Origin: Candidatus Aenigmatarchaeota archaeon | GTDB lineage: Archaea; Aenigmatarchaeota; Aenigmatarchaeia; GW2011-AR5 | Length of the DNA stretch: 64,000 nt | NCBI GenBank assembly: GCA_016187335.1 | Contig: JACPJW010000001.1 | Coordinates: 608,001 to 672,000, forward strand | Reading direction: 5' to 3' | Part shown: piece after piece, positions 26,272 through 36,116 of the stretch | How positions within the stretch are numbered: position 1 is the stretch's first letter | Layout of the letters: each line of letters opens with the position of its first letter | Translations under genes and position numbers: made by a program | The notes under the pieces: model-generated | The model's database searches: none | The model's input: only the letters and a program-made list of their open reading frames with translations | Told to the model about the DNA's origin: nothing

Positions 26272-26712
26272 GTGGAGAAGACAAAAATCCCCGCTGTTCT
26301 GCAGAAGCGCACGGGATTCATACTTCTGGGCGCGCTCCTTTTTCTTGATACTGTCTTTGATGTCATGAGGGGCACCCAGGGAAATCCTTTGTACAAGCCC
26401 GTTGAGAACGCATTCGGCATATGGGGTCTTCCGCTTCTGGTGCCGTTTGCCTTGGCATTCTTTTACCTCGTCGTGAAGGCAGCGGGCTGGCTGGTGGAAA
26501 AATTTGACAGGGTGCCTTACGGCGAAGAGATTATCCTGACAGCCCTCGTGCTGATTTTCGCGGTTCATGACTTATGGGTGTTTTCCGTGGATTACCTTGG
26601 CTTACGGATTGTCAGCAGCTATTACCAGATGATTCCCGTTTATGTCGCTGTCGGGCTGGCGTACGGTCTGTGGGCGGAACATGTTATAAAGCGCAAAGGG
26701 AAAACGGAATGA
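26272..26712 (+). CDS. Hypothetical 4-TM membrane protein
   Basis: 146-aa hydrophobic ORF. Confidence 0.7.
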   Translation: MEKTKIPAVLQKRTGFILLGALLFLDTVFDVMRGTQGNPLYKPVENAFGIWGLPLLVPFALAFFYLVVKAAGWLVEKFDRVPYGEEIILTALVLIFAVHDLWVFSVDYLGLRIVSSYYQMIPVYVAVGLAYGLWAEHVIKRKGKTE

Positions 26713-26747
26713 TTCAGAAGAAAGGATAAAGAACAGTGTTAGGCATC

Positions 26748-27116
26748 TCAAGGAGAATATAGCGAATTCACTACTAATACAGGACCGACAATTTCCGTTA
26801 ATATCCTGCGGCGTGCTTCCATTGAAAGCCCTCTTTCGCACGCATATTCCATCGCGAAACATAATTCTGTATGGTATGTTGGTGTATCCATTCTATTAAA
26901 TTTATACAGCAGACCGCCATTAACAAATCTCATAAACCCTTGTGGATCCGGATTAGCGTTCAGCCCTTCGTTTTCCAGCGCTTCCAAAATTAACGCATAA
27001 GTATGGCCCAAAGGCGTTTCAATGCCCGGAGGATCCCTTCGTTTTCTTCTGACAGTCCGTTCAAAAATTTTCTCGGGATCTCTGCGCAAGTCTTCCAGCT
27101 GGGAATGGTTTTTCAT
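26748..27116 (-). CDS. Hypothetical protein
   Basis: 122-aa AT-rich ORF, no recognised motif. Confidence 0.5.
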   Translation of the reverse strand: MKNHSQLEDLRRDPEKIFERTVRRKRRDPPGIETPLGHTYALILEALENEGLNANPDPQGFMRFVNGGLLYKFNRMDTPTYHTELCFAMEYACERGLSMEARRRILTEIVGPVLVVNSLYSP

Positions 27117-27160
27117 AGCAGTAGAAACAGATTCTAGTTATTTAAAGTTAATTTTGTCTG

Positions 27161-27928
27161 TCACTCCATCTCGTATTTCTTCAGGACGCGCTTCTCGCCT
27201 ATCTCTGCGACGACGGATATGTATTTTTCCAGGCCCGTCCCGGCGATTTTTCTCTTCAGCAATTCATCTACCTGGAATATGCCTGCCTCGTTGTGCAGCT
27301 TTATCTGGATGACTACAGGCTTCTCCTTGCCCGCTGATATGCTGACGTCGCTTATGGACATGGCTGAGATTGAGTATATATCGACCTTTCCCTGTTCAAA
27401 AGGAATCCTTGCGCGCCCCTCTTCCATGTCAAGGGCGTCGGCAACGCGGACGATGCCCGCTTCCAGGGTCAGTATTCTTAGTCCCGCCTCGTGCGAGTAT
27501 ATGGCGTTCAGAACCTCGCTTGCAACTATCGTTCTTTCCCTTTCATCGTAAATGCCTTTGAGAAGCTCCGGCAGGACCTGCGACGCGAGCGGCACGCTGA
27601 AAATGTAGTGGTTGTCCCTGTGAACCGAAATCCCCAGGTCATGCAGGACGGATGCAAGAAACACGACAACCTCGGCGTCTTCCTTGCCCATGCCGTGGTC
27701 CTTGACGATGCTGGGCTCTATGCCTTTTTCCGTGAGCAGCCTGAGCATCTTCAGCGCTATGTTAGAAACAATGGCAAAGTGCGTCTTTCCGTGGTCAGTC
27801 ATCTTCATGCGCTTTACGGAATTGACGTTGCAGCACTCCCATATCGTGTTTATCCCTGTGCTGTTGTTGACGCGTTTCAGCACTTCCTCCAGCTTCTTGT
27901 TGCCTTTTGCCGGGACGTTTATGGACAT
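27161..27928 (-). CDS. HD-superfamily phosphohydrolase
   Basis: TDHGKTH, LHDLG, IYSHE, RVADALD. Confidence 0.88.
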   Translation of the reverse strand: MSINVPAKGNKKLEEVLKRVNNSTGINTIWECCNVNSVKRMKMTDHGKTHFAIVSNIALKMLRLLTEKGIEPSIVKDHGMGKEDAEVVVFLASVLHDLGISVHRDNHYIFSVPLASQVLPELLKGIYDERERTIVASEVLNAIYSHEAGLRILTLEAGIVRVADALDMEEGRARIPFEQGKVDIYSISAMSISDVSISAGKEKPVVIQIKLHNEAGIFQVDELLKRKIAGTGLEKYISVVAEIGEKRVLKKYEME

Positions 27929-28111
27929 AACGAGGATTATTGCAAAGCAGGAATATAAATATGCTTTCCGACCGATCCTGAAAACAAGCCCTTGGTATTC
28001 TCAGCTTAATCTTTCGTAAGCCGAACACGCGGCTCAAAACAGAAGACTGGCGTAAAGAAGCGATAAATTTCCGCAAAAAGCTCAGAAAGAACAAGAAGAT
28101 TGATTTGCCGA

Positions 28112-28642
28112 TTAAGAATAAAAAGGGATTTCAACAACTGAAATGGAATTGAATCTCTTAGACCCGCTCAGAACTTCTTTCGTTCGTTCTACATAATTAG
28201 AACGAGAAATGATCCTTAATGCTCTGCTTAGGGGTATTCTTTTTATACCTTCAACGGTTTCGAATTCTCCGATTAAGTTGACTCTTATCCAATTTTCGGG
28301 CAAATGAAGTTCAAAAATAACATGCGAAGGGTACGGACTTCTATGACGTGCCGTCCAGGGATCGTCAGCGAAATAGATATTTGTTGGACCTCCAACCCTA
28401 TAAAAAATCTTTGGATCATTTGATAATCTTCTTGCGGTTTCCATTAATTCTCTAAAACTTCCGGCATGCCTAATTTCTGGCAACTCTCTCCAGTCAACTT
28501 CTCTTGACGTTCTTATTGCACAACTACTCACTATTTGTCTAAAGGCATCAAAATGCGTAGAGTGATAAAGCACCAATTCATCGCCATATCTGTCAACATA
28601 ACCATATTTCATAGTTTCCGAAGGAAGTTTGAATCTCGCCAT
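28112..28642 (-). CDS. Putative ADP-ribosyltransferase-fold protein
   Basis: LYHSTH, NIYFADD, VIFEL, GEFE; start moved to ATG 28642. Confidence 0.5.
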   Translation of the reverse strand: MARFKLPSETMKYGYVDRYGDELVLYHSTHFDAFRQIVSSCAIRTSREVDWRELPEIRHAGSFRELMETARRLSNDPKIFYRVGGPTNIYFADDPWTARHRSPYPSHVIFELHLPENWIRVNLIGEFETVEGIKRIPLSRALRIISRSNYVERTKEVLSGSKRFNSISVVEIPFYS

Positions 28643-28709
28643 CAATAGTAACCAAGCAGGAAAGTTTATAAGGATTAATTTTGTAACTACTTTAAAGAAA
28701 TAACTAATT

Positions 28710-29258
28710 TTACTTCTCCCAGTATTCTTCCTCAACGCCCTCCCGCTTGTTCTCGATGCGCGCAAGGACAAAAAGCAGGTCGGAAAGCCTGTTTAAATAC
28801 CTGATTACTTCCTCGTTCACGGCTTCCTCCTTCTTCAGCGCGACAGCAGAGCGCTCCGCGCGCCGGCAGATGGTTCTGCAGATATGCAGCAAAGATGCCG
28901 CCGGCGAGCCCGAGGGCAGTATGAACTGGTTTATGGGCTCCAGTTGCTCAAGGAATTCTTCCATTGTTCTGTCAACGTATTTCACGTTTTCTTCCGTAAC
29001 GCGCATGGCGTCGCTTTTCAGCCCGATGGGCGTTGCAAGGTCAGCGCCCACAACGAAAAGGTCATTCTGTATTTTTTTCAGTATTTCGTTAATCTTTTCA
29101 TTTTCCGTTCTTGCCCTGACAAGGCCGATGAAGGAATTTAATTCGTCAACCTCGCCGTATGCCGTGACCCTGAGGGAGTCCTTGCTGACTCTCGGCCCTA
29201 CGTGCAATGAAGTTTCTCCGCGGTCGCCGCCGTGCTGCTTCTTGAAAGTCCATGGCAT
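28710..29258 (-). CDS. pduO: ATP:cob(I)alamin adenosyltransferase, PduO type
   Basis: GDRGETSL, RVTAYGEVDELNS, RTICRRAER, YLNRLSDLLF. Confidence 0.92.
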   Translation of the reverse strand: MPWTFKKQHGGDRGETSLHVGPRVSKDSLRVTAYGEVDELNSFIGLVRARTENEKINEILKKIQNDLFVVGADLATPIGLKSDAMRVTEENVKYVDRTMEEFLEQLEPINQFILPSGSPAASLLHICRTICRRAERSAVALKKEEAVNEEVIRYLNRLSDLLFVLARIENKREGVEEEYWEK

Positions 29259-29750
29259 GGATAAAGTAAGACAGAGAAGCTTTTAATTTCATGCCTTATA
29301 AAAATACCTTAGGGGATTTCATGCAAAAATCGATGTTTGGAAAGGTAAAACTGAAGCGATATTCAAGGAAAAAAGATAGAATGAAGGATAGAAATTACTG
29401 AAATTTCTGATTGACTACAGACCCGCATTTCAGGGGACTGGAAGATGTGGAGTTTGTGGAGTAAGGGAAGCAGAAGGCAATAACTGGATGCCAATTAAAG
29501 CGTTTCGGAAAAGAGAATTGATATGCACAGACTCCCTGACCGATTGGCAGAAGACCCGTGCGAAGCGGCATATCATTTAAGATTGATTGAGTATTTGAGA
29601 GACCTTTTTGGAAAACGCAGAAGAAAACCTCCTTACCCTGGTCCTGAACCTTCTGCATCGCAACCATATGAATTAACACCAGAAGATAGGGAAGCTCTTG
29701 ATATTTTTACCCGAGAAGACAGATGAAAAATTAAAAAGAAAATTTTCTTT

Positions 29751-32700
29751 CTACGACTCGCACAGCCCGAACCCGCACTGCCCGCACTCAAAGCAGCCTT
29801 CCTTTGCCGTCAGCGGGATGTCGCAGTTGGGGCACTGCTTTGCAGCGGAACTGTGCGTCTGCGTCATGGTTTCTGTCTTGCCCGTTGTCAGCGTTGTCAG
29901 GACAGAAACAGCCTTTGGCTTCTCTTCCTTCTTTTCCTTGACAAGATGAAGGACTTCTGTTTCCCTGCTTCCGCTGCGGTATACTGTCAAAGATTTGCAC
30001 CCGAGCTGCCATCCCAGCAGGTACGCCTTGAGCACATCCTCCTTCGTCGCGCTGTTCGGGAAATTGCACGTCTTGCTGATGCTGTTGTCGGTACGCTTCT
30101 GGAACGCCGCCTGGGTTCTGACATGGTCCTCTGCCATTATGTCCATGGACGTGACGAAGACACGCCTGATGTCCTCGGGTATTTCCGGTATGCCCTGCAC
30201 CGTGCCTTCCGCGACAATCCTTTGCATCATCTCCTCGGAATACAAGCCCCTTTCTTTCAATTCATCCTCAAAAATGCTGTTTACGTAGAACAGCGACTGG
30301 CTGCCCATGACCTGCGACTTCTGGTAAACCAAAGCGAAATAAGGCTCGATGCCCGATGACACGTCGCATATCATGCTGATGGTGCCCGTAGGCGCAATTG
30401 ATGTTAATGCTGCATTGCGCATCCTCACGCCGCTCTTTGCAAACACACTTCTGTGCCAGTTAGGAAATACCCCTTTCTCTTCGGCTAGCTCCCTGCTCAT
30501 TTCATGCGCCGCATCATTGATGAAAGCCATGACTTTTTCCGCCATGGCGAAGCCCTCCGGAGAATTGTACGGCACGCGCAATTTCAGCAGCATGTCTGCG
30601 AATCCCATGACGCCCAGACCAACGCGCCGGTTCGCGCGCATAGTTACCGCTACGCGCTCAACAGGGAAATCCGTGATGTCAACGACGTTGTCGAGCATCC
30701 TCACGGAAAGCCTTGTGACCTCGCGCAGGCGCTCCCAGTCAATTCCTGCGTCAGCAGTAACAAATCTGTCAAGGTTTATTGAGCCAAGGTTGCAGACGTC
30801 GCCGTCGTGAAGCATTTGCTCGCCACAATTTGATACTACAAATCCGTTGGCAATGAAAGAATGCGTCGCCGGCTCCGTAAGGTCATAAACGTCTTTTTTG
30901 CCTGCATATTCAATTGTTTTTATTTTGTCTGTGAATTTCTCCACGCGGAGTTTTTTCTGCAGAATCCGCTGCATTTTTTCTTTGTGTTTGTTGCAGAGGA
31001 AGCCGATCTCCCTGGAGAATTTTTCTATGCTTTTGCCGTGTATGTTCACTTCGAAGAGGACACCGTCAGTTTCATAAGTTCTCAGCAAACCGGCCTTTGT
31101 TGTGTAGGAGAACTGTTTTCTGCTTTCCCTGCTACTGTCATATACTTGCGACAATATTCCCAAATTAAGCAGGAGAAGCTGCACCTGCTTCGCAAGTTTT
31201 ATGGATTTTGTTGTAAGACGCACGTAGTAATTGCCCTTTTTCTCATCCAGCATTACGGTGCCGTCTGATGAGAACAATCCCTGCAAAAATCCGGAAACCG
31301 CTTCCTTAGGCGCGGCAAAAATCGCTTCCGGAATTTCCTTTTCGCCTGCCTTTGATGTTTTCACGCCAATTCTTTTTAAATACTCAACAAAATGTTTCGA
31401 GCCGTAGTTCAGGTGGTAGGTGTTTCTCTGCCTTTCGATTTCCTTCATGCTGCGGCCGTAAATTTTGTTCCCGATTGTTTTGATATGCCCAAGTATTTCT
31501 TTGTCGTCTTTGCCGAAAGTTAAGCCAACCATCCATTCTTTTTCCTTGTCCCTTATCCAGCCGTCGCCGACAAGCCAGCCGAGGAACTGCCCGAGTTCCC
31601 TTGTCCATTCATCAGGGAAGTTGTATCTATACGTTCTGCCGTTATTGCCGACGAACACGTTCTGGACATCGAAAGGCAGTTTCGGGTTTACGCTGAACCT
31701 GCCCTCGCCGCCCTGTATCAGGATTTCCTCGTCGTGAAGATCTTCAGCCTTAACCCATCCTTTCGTTGTCATGATTTTGTGGTCGGATGTGACTTCCAAT
31801 TCATAACCCGAATCAGTCTCTATTTTCCATATGTCTTTGTGCCCGGTTTTCCATGCATTTGAAATGCTGTTGAGATGCGTGCCCACCGTTTCCTTGTATA
31901 TCAGAGTTTTTGTGCCGTCGGCATTCAGCAGTTCCACGGGCATCCTGTTGTCGCATACAACGGATAACCCGCCTTCGCTGTATTTTTCAGCCAGCGTTTC
32001 CATTTTTACAAATCCGTGCTCAGTGCTCACCAGCGAATCGCCCGTTACGCACGGATTGCACGCCTCTATCCTTCCAACGCCCGGCAGCGGGTTCGTGTCG
32101 TTGACATGGTCAATGAAAATCACGCCGGGCTCTCCGTTGCGCCACGCGGCATTAACGATTTCTTCCATCAGCTCGCGCGGCGTTATGGTTTCTTCCTTTA
32201 TGTCTAATATCGTGTCGTACTGGTCGCGCTCAATTCTTCTCGGCTTCATCTTCATGCCGTTCCATTCGCAGAGCCAGGGCTCGCTGTCGCCGCTGAGCAC
32301 TTTTTCCATGAAATCGTCGGTTACAGCCACGGAAATGTTGAAGTTGCGGATGTCGCCTTCTCGCGCCTTGCAGTGGATGAATTCCAGGATGTCCGGGTGA
32401 TCCACCCTCATCACGGCCATGTTCGCGCCGTGACGTCCCTGCTGCTTTATCACGCCGAAAGCCTTGTCGTAAACCCTGAGGAAAGATACGGGGCCTGATG
32501 CCACGCCCCTGCTTTTTTTTGCCATCGTGCCTGCAGGCCTGAGAAGGTGGAAAGGAAAGCCCAGTCCGCTGCCTGCCTGCTGCAGCAGCGAAGCATCCTT
32601 CAGCGTCTGGAATATTCCGTCCATGCTGTCCTCCATGTGCAGGACAATGCAGTTGGCAACAACCCGCGTGGGCGCGCCGGCGTTGGCTAGCGTGCGCCCG

Positions 32701-33248
32701 GCCGGCAGGAATTCCATGTTTGTCATTATGCCGTAAAATTCTTCCTTGAACTTTCTTGCTTCGTTGTCGTTCTTGCCATATTTCCTTTCCACGTCAGCCA
32801 GCGTCCTTGAAACGCGCTCGAACATCTGCTCCGGCGTCTCCATTATCTGGCCGTTCTCGTCCCTTGCCAAATAGCGGCCGGCGATGATTTTTATCGCGTT
32901 CAGACTCAGCTTCTTGTGCAGCCTTGTGTCCTTTCCGTTGAGCAGTCTTTTGATTTCCTCGCGTATCCCGGCGCGCTCCTGCCTGTATAAAATATAAGTT
33001 TTGGCAGTTTTCGCGTGCCCTTCTTCTATGAGCGTTTTTTCAACAGCGTCCTGTACCTCTTCGATATTGGGTATATGCCCGTCCGCGCACTGCTTTTCCA
33101 GCTGCGCGACGACCTTGTCAGCCAAGCTGTTGGCGAGGGAGCGGTCCGTGCCGCCCACGGACAAAGCCGCCTTGAAAATGGCGTCAGCTATCTTTGTCTT
33201 GTCAAAAGGAGCAATTCTGCCGTCTCTCTTCTTTATCTTCGTCAGCAT
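29751..33248 (-). CDS. nrdJ: Class II (AdoCbl) ribonucleotide reductase with N-terminal ATP cone and intein
   Basis: KIKKRDGR ATP cone, FLPAGRTL, ANCIV, NP|C-intein-N|CGEQ, CNLGS, IAPTG, C-terminal Cys pairs. Confidence 0.95.
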   Translation of the reverse strand: MLTKIKKRDGRIAPFDKTKIADAIFKAALSVGGTDRSLANSLADKVVAQLEKQCADGHIPNIEEVQDAVEKTLIEEGHAKTAKTYILYRQERAGIREEIKRLLNGKDTRLHKKLSLNAIKIIAGRYLARDENGQIMETPEQMFERVSRTLADVERKYGKNDNEARKFKEEFYGIMTNMEFLPAGRTLANAGAPTRVVANCIVLHMEDSMDGIFQTLKDASLLQQAGSGLGFPFHLLRPAGTMAKKSRGVASGPVSFLRVYDKAFGVIKQQGRHGANMAVMRVDHPDILEFIHCKAREGDIRNFNISVAVTDDFMEKVLSGDSEPWLCEWNGMKMKPRRIERDQYDTILDIKEETITPRELMEEIVNAAWRNGEPGVIFIDHVNDTNPLPGVGRIEACNPCVTGDSLVSTEHGFVKMETLAEKYSEGGLSVVCDNRMPVELLNADGTKTLIYKETVGTHLNSISNAWKTGHKDIWKIETDSGYELEVTSDHKIMTTKGWVKAEDLHDEEILIQGGEGRFSVNPKLPFDVQNVFVGNNGRTYRYNFPDEWTRELGQFLGWLVGDGWIRDKEKEWMVGLTFGKDDKEILGHIKTIGNKIYGRSMKEIERQRNTYHLNYGSKHFVEYLKRIGVKTSKAGEKEIPEAIFAAPKEAVSGFLQGLFSSDGTVMLDEKKGNYYVRLTTKSIKLAKQVQLLLLNLGILSQVYDSSRESRKQFSYTTKAGLLRTYETDGVLFEVNIHGKSIEKFSREIGFLCNKHKEKMQRILQKKLRVEKFTDKIKTIEYAGKKDVYDLTEPATHSFIANGFVVSNCGEQMLHDGDVCNLGSINLDRFVTADAGIDWERLREVTRLSVRMLDNVVDITDFPVERVAVTMRANRRVGLGVMGFADMLLKLRVPYNSPEGFAMAEKVMAFINDAAHEMSRELAEEKGVFPNWHRSVFAKSGVRMRNAALTSIAPTGTISMICDVSSGIEPYFALVYQKSQVMGSQSLFYVNSIFEDELKERGLYSEEMMQRIVAEGTVQGIPEIPEDIRRVFVTSMDIMAEDHVRTQAAFQKRTDNSISKTCNFPNSATKEDVLKAYLLGWQLGCKSLTVYRSGSRETEVLHLVKEKKEEKPKAVSVLTTLTTGKTETMTQTHSSAAKQCPNCDIPLTAKEGCFECGQCGFGLCES
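30828..32051 (-). mobile_element. LAGLIDADG intein (408 aa) in the NrdJ active-site loop
   Basis: Starts CVTGDSLV, ends HSFIANGFVVSN followed by Cys; blocks FLGWLVGDGW and FLQGLFSSDG. Confidence 0.93.
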
Positions 33249-33305
33249 GTTAACACCTCATCAAAGCCGGAAGTCACCCAGCTTTTCTTTATTGCATGAA
33301 ATGCA

Positions 33306-33385
33306 GTCAATACTACGGCTTTTAAGCCGTTTATAATAATTCTGCATTTCTGCAAAAATACTACGGGCTTTAGCCCGTAGATATT
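33306..33385. mobile_element. Orphan IS200/IS605-like twin palindrome upstream of nrdJ
   Basis: GTCAATACTACGGCTTTTAAGCCGT and CTACGGGC-TTTA-GCCCGTAG. Confidence 0.5.
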
Positions 33386-33471
33386 TATTTTCCCATCCGC
33401 TCCGTTTTTACTGTTTATTCCAGAAACAACACGAAACATTCCAATGTTCTTTTCCATTCTCCCACACCCCA

Positions 33472-33924
33472 CTATCTTGCAGCTTTGAGCATTTTCAGCT
33501 CGTTTTCAAATTCCGTTATGTCGGAAAATTCCCTGTATACAGAAGCAAAGCGGATATAAGCAACCTTGTCTATCTTCTTCAGCTTGTTCATTACCAGTTC
33601 GCCAATATCCCTTGAAGATACTTCCCGGCCGTATGCCCGCAGTTCCGCTTCTACGTCATCCACGACCTTTTCCATGGTTTCCTGGCTTATCGGCCGCTTC
33701 TCGCACGCTTTCAGCAGCCCTGACATTAATTTCTGCCTGTCATACCGCTCCCTGCGGCCGTCTTTCTTAACCACGATAAGGTTCATCTCCGCCCTTTCAT
33801 GCGTTGTGAAGCGCTTGTTACACTTCAGGCACTGGCGGCGCCGGCGCGTGCTGTCGTCATGGTCGCGCTTGTCCATGACCTTCGTGTCATCAAAGGAGCA
33901 GTAAGGGCACCTCGTGAAAATCAC
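33472..33924 (-). CDS. nrdR: Transcriptional repressor NrdR
   Basis: CPYC...RRRRQCLKCNKRFTT.E zinc ribbon plus ATP cone, VAYIRFASVYREF. Confidence 0.95.
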   Translation of the reverse strand: MIFTRCPYCSFDDTKVMDKRDHDDSTRRRRQCLKCNKRFTTHERAEMNLIVVKKDGRRERYDRQKLMSGLLKACEKRPISQETMEKVVDDVEAELRAYGREVSSRDIGELVMNKLKKIDKVAYIRFASVYREFSDITEFENELKMLKAAR

Positions 33925-33938
33925 CTATCAACTGAAAA

Positions 33939-33986
33939 TAACAGCCGCTTGTGGTTTAATAACCTTAAAACCACAACATCTTGTTA
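33939..33986. promoter_or_regulatory. Putative tandem NrdR boxes
   Basis: CCACAACATCTTGTTA (33971) fits the acaCwAtATaTwGtgt-type consensus; weaker TAACAGCCGCTTGTGG lies 32 bp away. Confidence 0.5.
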
Positions 33987-34354
33987 CCGTCTCTTATTTA
34001 GCACTTCGCTTTAAAAATGCTTTTCTGTCCTGCAGAGGCGATATGACTGGCGAGTGGTGAGAACGAAGCTTTTTTGAAAGATTTCGTTAAGACAAGGATT
34101 TGTTACACTACTTTAACCTACGGATAACAAGAAGAAGTTACAAAATTACAGATAAAGAAACAAATAAGAATTTCATCATTAGAATTTAGGATGCTGTTTG
34201 AATGGTACAGGTTTCCATTGCTCTGCATCATAGTACCGCTGATAAAGTTCCAATTCTTTTAAACTACGTTTTAAGCAGTTCTTCGCATCTTCAACCAAAC
34301 CTATATATACCGCCGCCGCGATAACTAAGGAATTAGCGGTTTGAGGTGGTCGTA

Positions 34355-34411
34355 ATGAAAGACAAGAAAAAGCACAAGCATGGCGGGAAGCACGTCTGCG
34401 AATATTGTTAG
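34355..34411 (+). CDS. 18-aa micropeptide MKDKKKHKHGGKHVCEYC
   Basis: GAGGTG RBS, upstream CTATATATA box; similar to 56349-56405. Confidence 0.55.
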   Translation: MKDKKKHKHGGKHVCEYC

Positions 34412-34434
34412 CGCAGGCGGCTTTTTTCTTTTTC

Positions 34435-34755
34435 TTAATCTAACTTCTTCCACAGCAGGTAAAGGGCAAGAAAAATAATTGCTCCGCCAATGGCAAACGC
34501 CTCTTCCGAAATGCCAAGCCAGTGCACGAAGCCCTGAAGTAGCGGGGGGTTCTCTTCTTCATGAGCAAAAACAAGCTGCGCTAAAAGCAGCAGCGGAAGG
34601 ATTTTGGATTTCATTTTTATTACAGCATTATGGAGTTGTTTCATGGTCAATATTCCTTCTTTACAATTTTTGCATTTGAAGTATTTGTAAGTTACGCCTT
34701 TTGTTTCGGTCGTCGTTTCCTTCATTTTTCCTTGGCACTCGGTGCATTTTCTCAT
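34435..34755 (-). CDS. Zinc-ribbon fragment joined to a small membrane protein (possible chimera)
   Basis: CTEC..CKNC then signal-like MKSKILPLLLLAQLVFAHEE and a TM helix. Confidence 0.5.
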   Translation of the reverse strand: MRKCTECQGKMKETTTETKGVTYKYFKCKNCKEGILTMKQLHNAVIKMKSKILPLLLLAQLVFAHEEENPPLLQGFVHWLGISEEAFAIGGAIIFLALYLLWKKLD

Positions 34756-35216
34756 AATTCCATTAAATAAGAACCGTTCCTTAAATTGATTCTTATCTCG
34801 AAATTTTCCAGAATATCCTTAAAGCCCATTATGAGCGGAATATCATCAGCAGGAGCCAAAAAAGCCCTGATTTTAATGGGTTTGCTGAAATTTCCCTTCC
34901 TGTCAAGCAATACGCATTGTAACAAGCCTACCTTTACAGGCATCCGGTTTTCCGGTACTATACCCTTAACGTAATGTTCCCCTATAGTTTCGTGTTCCAC
35001 GCCTTTCCAGATACTATGAGGGATGACGCTTGTGTGTGCACCTGTGTCCACGATTCCCTGATATGCTTGCGACCAGTTTTCTGATGTCTTGAATTTTACA
35101 AAGCACAATATCCTTAATAATTCTCCATAATCAGGCAATTTTTCAGAAAGCTCGGGATCAAGAATTCTTTTTGCGGTAAGCTCAATCATAGTAGATATGA
35201 GAACCACACTCCACAA
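34752..35216 (-). CDS. Retropepsin-like (clan AA) aspartyl protease
   Basis: IVDTGAHTSVIP, LIMGFKDIL. Confidence 0.8.
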   Translation of the reverse strand: MWSVVLISTMIELTAKRILDPELSEKLPDYGELLRILCFVKFKTSENWSQAYQGIVDTGAHTSVIPHSIWKGVEHETIGEHYVKGIVPENRMPVKVGLLQCVLLDRKGNFSKPIKIRAFLAPADDIPLIMGFKDILENFEIRINLRNGSYLMEL

Positions 35217-35415
35217 AAACGAGTGCCACTTCCTTTCTTCCTGTTTTTTTTATTGCCTCTTCCTTAACATTTTCAAGGTTTTTCCCGCAACTGACAACTT
35301 TTCTGTCGACTACTGCAATCCACTGGTCGCTGTATTTTTTACGCAGCTCGAGGTAATTCTTGTCAGCCCATTCGATATCATCAAAGAAATCCTTTGATTC
35401 GAGCTTTATTGTCAT
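35182..35415 (-). CDS. DUF5678-like small protein
   Basis: ELRKKYSDQWIAVVDRKVVSCG. Confidence 0.75.
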   Translation of the reverse strand: MTIKLESKDFFDDIEWADKNYLELRKKYSDQWIAVVDRKVVSCGKNLENVKEEAIKKTGRKEVALVFVECGSHIYYD

Positions 35416-35474
35416 ATTGACCGATAATAATTAAGAATCAGAGAATTTAAAAGAAATAGCTTTCTTCGCTTTGA

Positions 35475-36116
35475 TTACCCGACACCCAACACAGGCCACT
35501 CTATCCTTGCATCCCTGAGAAACTCCGCGGTTTCCTGGCCGCTTCGCTCGTCGAAAGCAATGTAAATTATATCGCGGTCGCTCCAGACGTAATTACGGTC
35601 TGCTGTTCCCCACGGCGTCCCTTTCTCCCAGTATTTCTCAGTGTTTGCAAAAACCTTCAGCGTGCCCGGCTTGCCGTTGCACAAATCTCCGCTGCATTTG
35701 TCCATAAAGCATGTGTCAGTAAAGCGGACGTTGATGCCATCGAAAAACGTCCCCAGTTTCAGCGGCGTTTTGTCGATAATCTCGCCGCTGCTCTTGTCAT
35801 AAGGCAGGCTGGCGTGGAAATGTATGGTGTTTTTTTCCTCGTGGGTGTGCGTTTCTTCCAATTCATTGACCTCTATCGGCAGTTTCTCTTCAACGCCGCA
35901 GACCACAGGCACTATGTAGGCATGTATGTGCGCCTGCCACACGCAGCTGCCGTCTTCACCGCACACGATAATGCCCTGCTCAGCCGCGCCGCTCTGGTAA
36001 TAGACGTACAAGGAATATCCCAGAACAGCGATGATAAGAACAGCAAGAACCGCGGCGACGTACTTCAGGGAAGAAGGTTTTTTTGCTTTCCTGGATTTTT
36101 TTGGCATGATACTCAC
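35475..36116 (-). CDS. Membrane-anchored His-motif protein
   Basis: N-terminal TM; HIH, HTHE, IHFH and Cys pairs. Confidence 0.7.
   Translation of the reverse strand: MSIMPKKSRKAKKPSSLKYVAAVLAVLIIAVLGYSLYVYYQSGAAEQGIIVCGEDGSCVWQAHIHAYIVPVVCGVEEKLPIEVNELEETHTHEEKNTIHFHASLPYDKSSGEIIDKTPLKLGTFFDGINVRFTDTCFMDKCSGDLCNGKPGTLKVFANTEKYWEKGTPWGTADRNYVWSDRDIIYIAFDERSGQETAEFLRDARIEWPVLGVG

Noticed and set aside
29319-29726. Possible frameshifted zinc-finger gene (CGVCG...ICTD / CEAAYH)
   Set aside because: No clear start, the pieces lie in different frames and there is no recognisable family; may be a decayed gene
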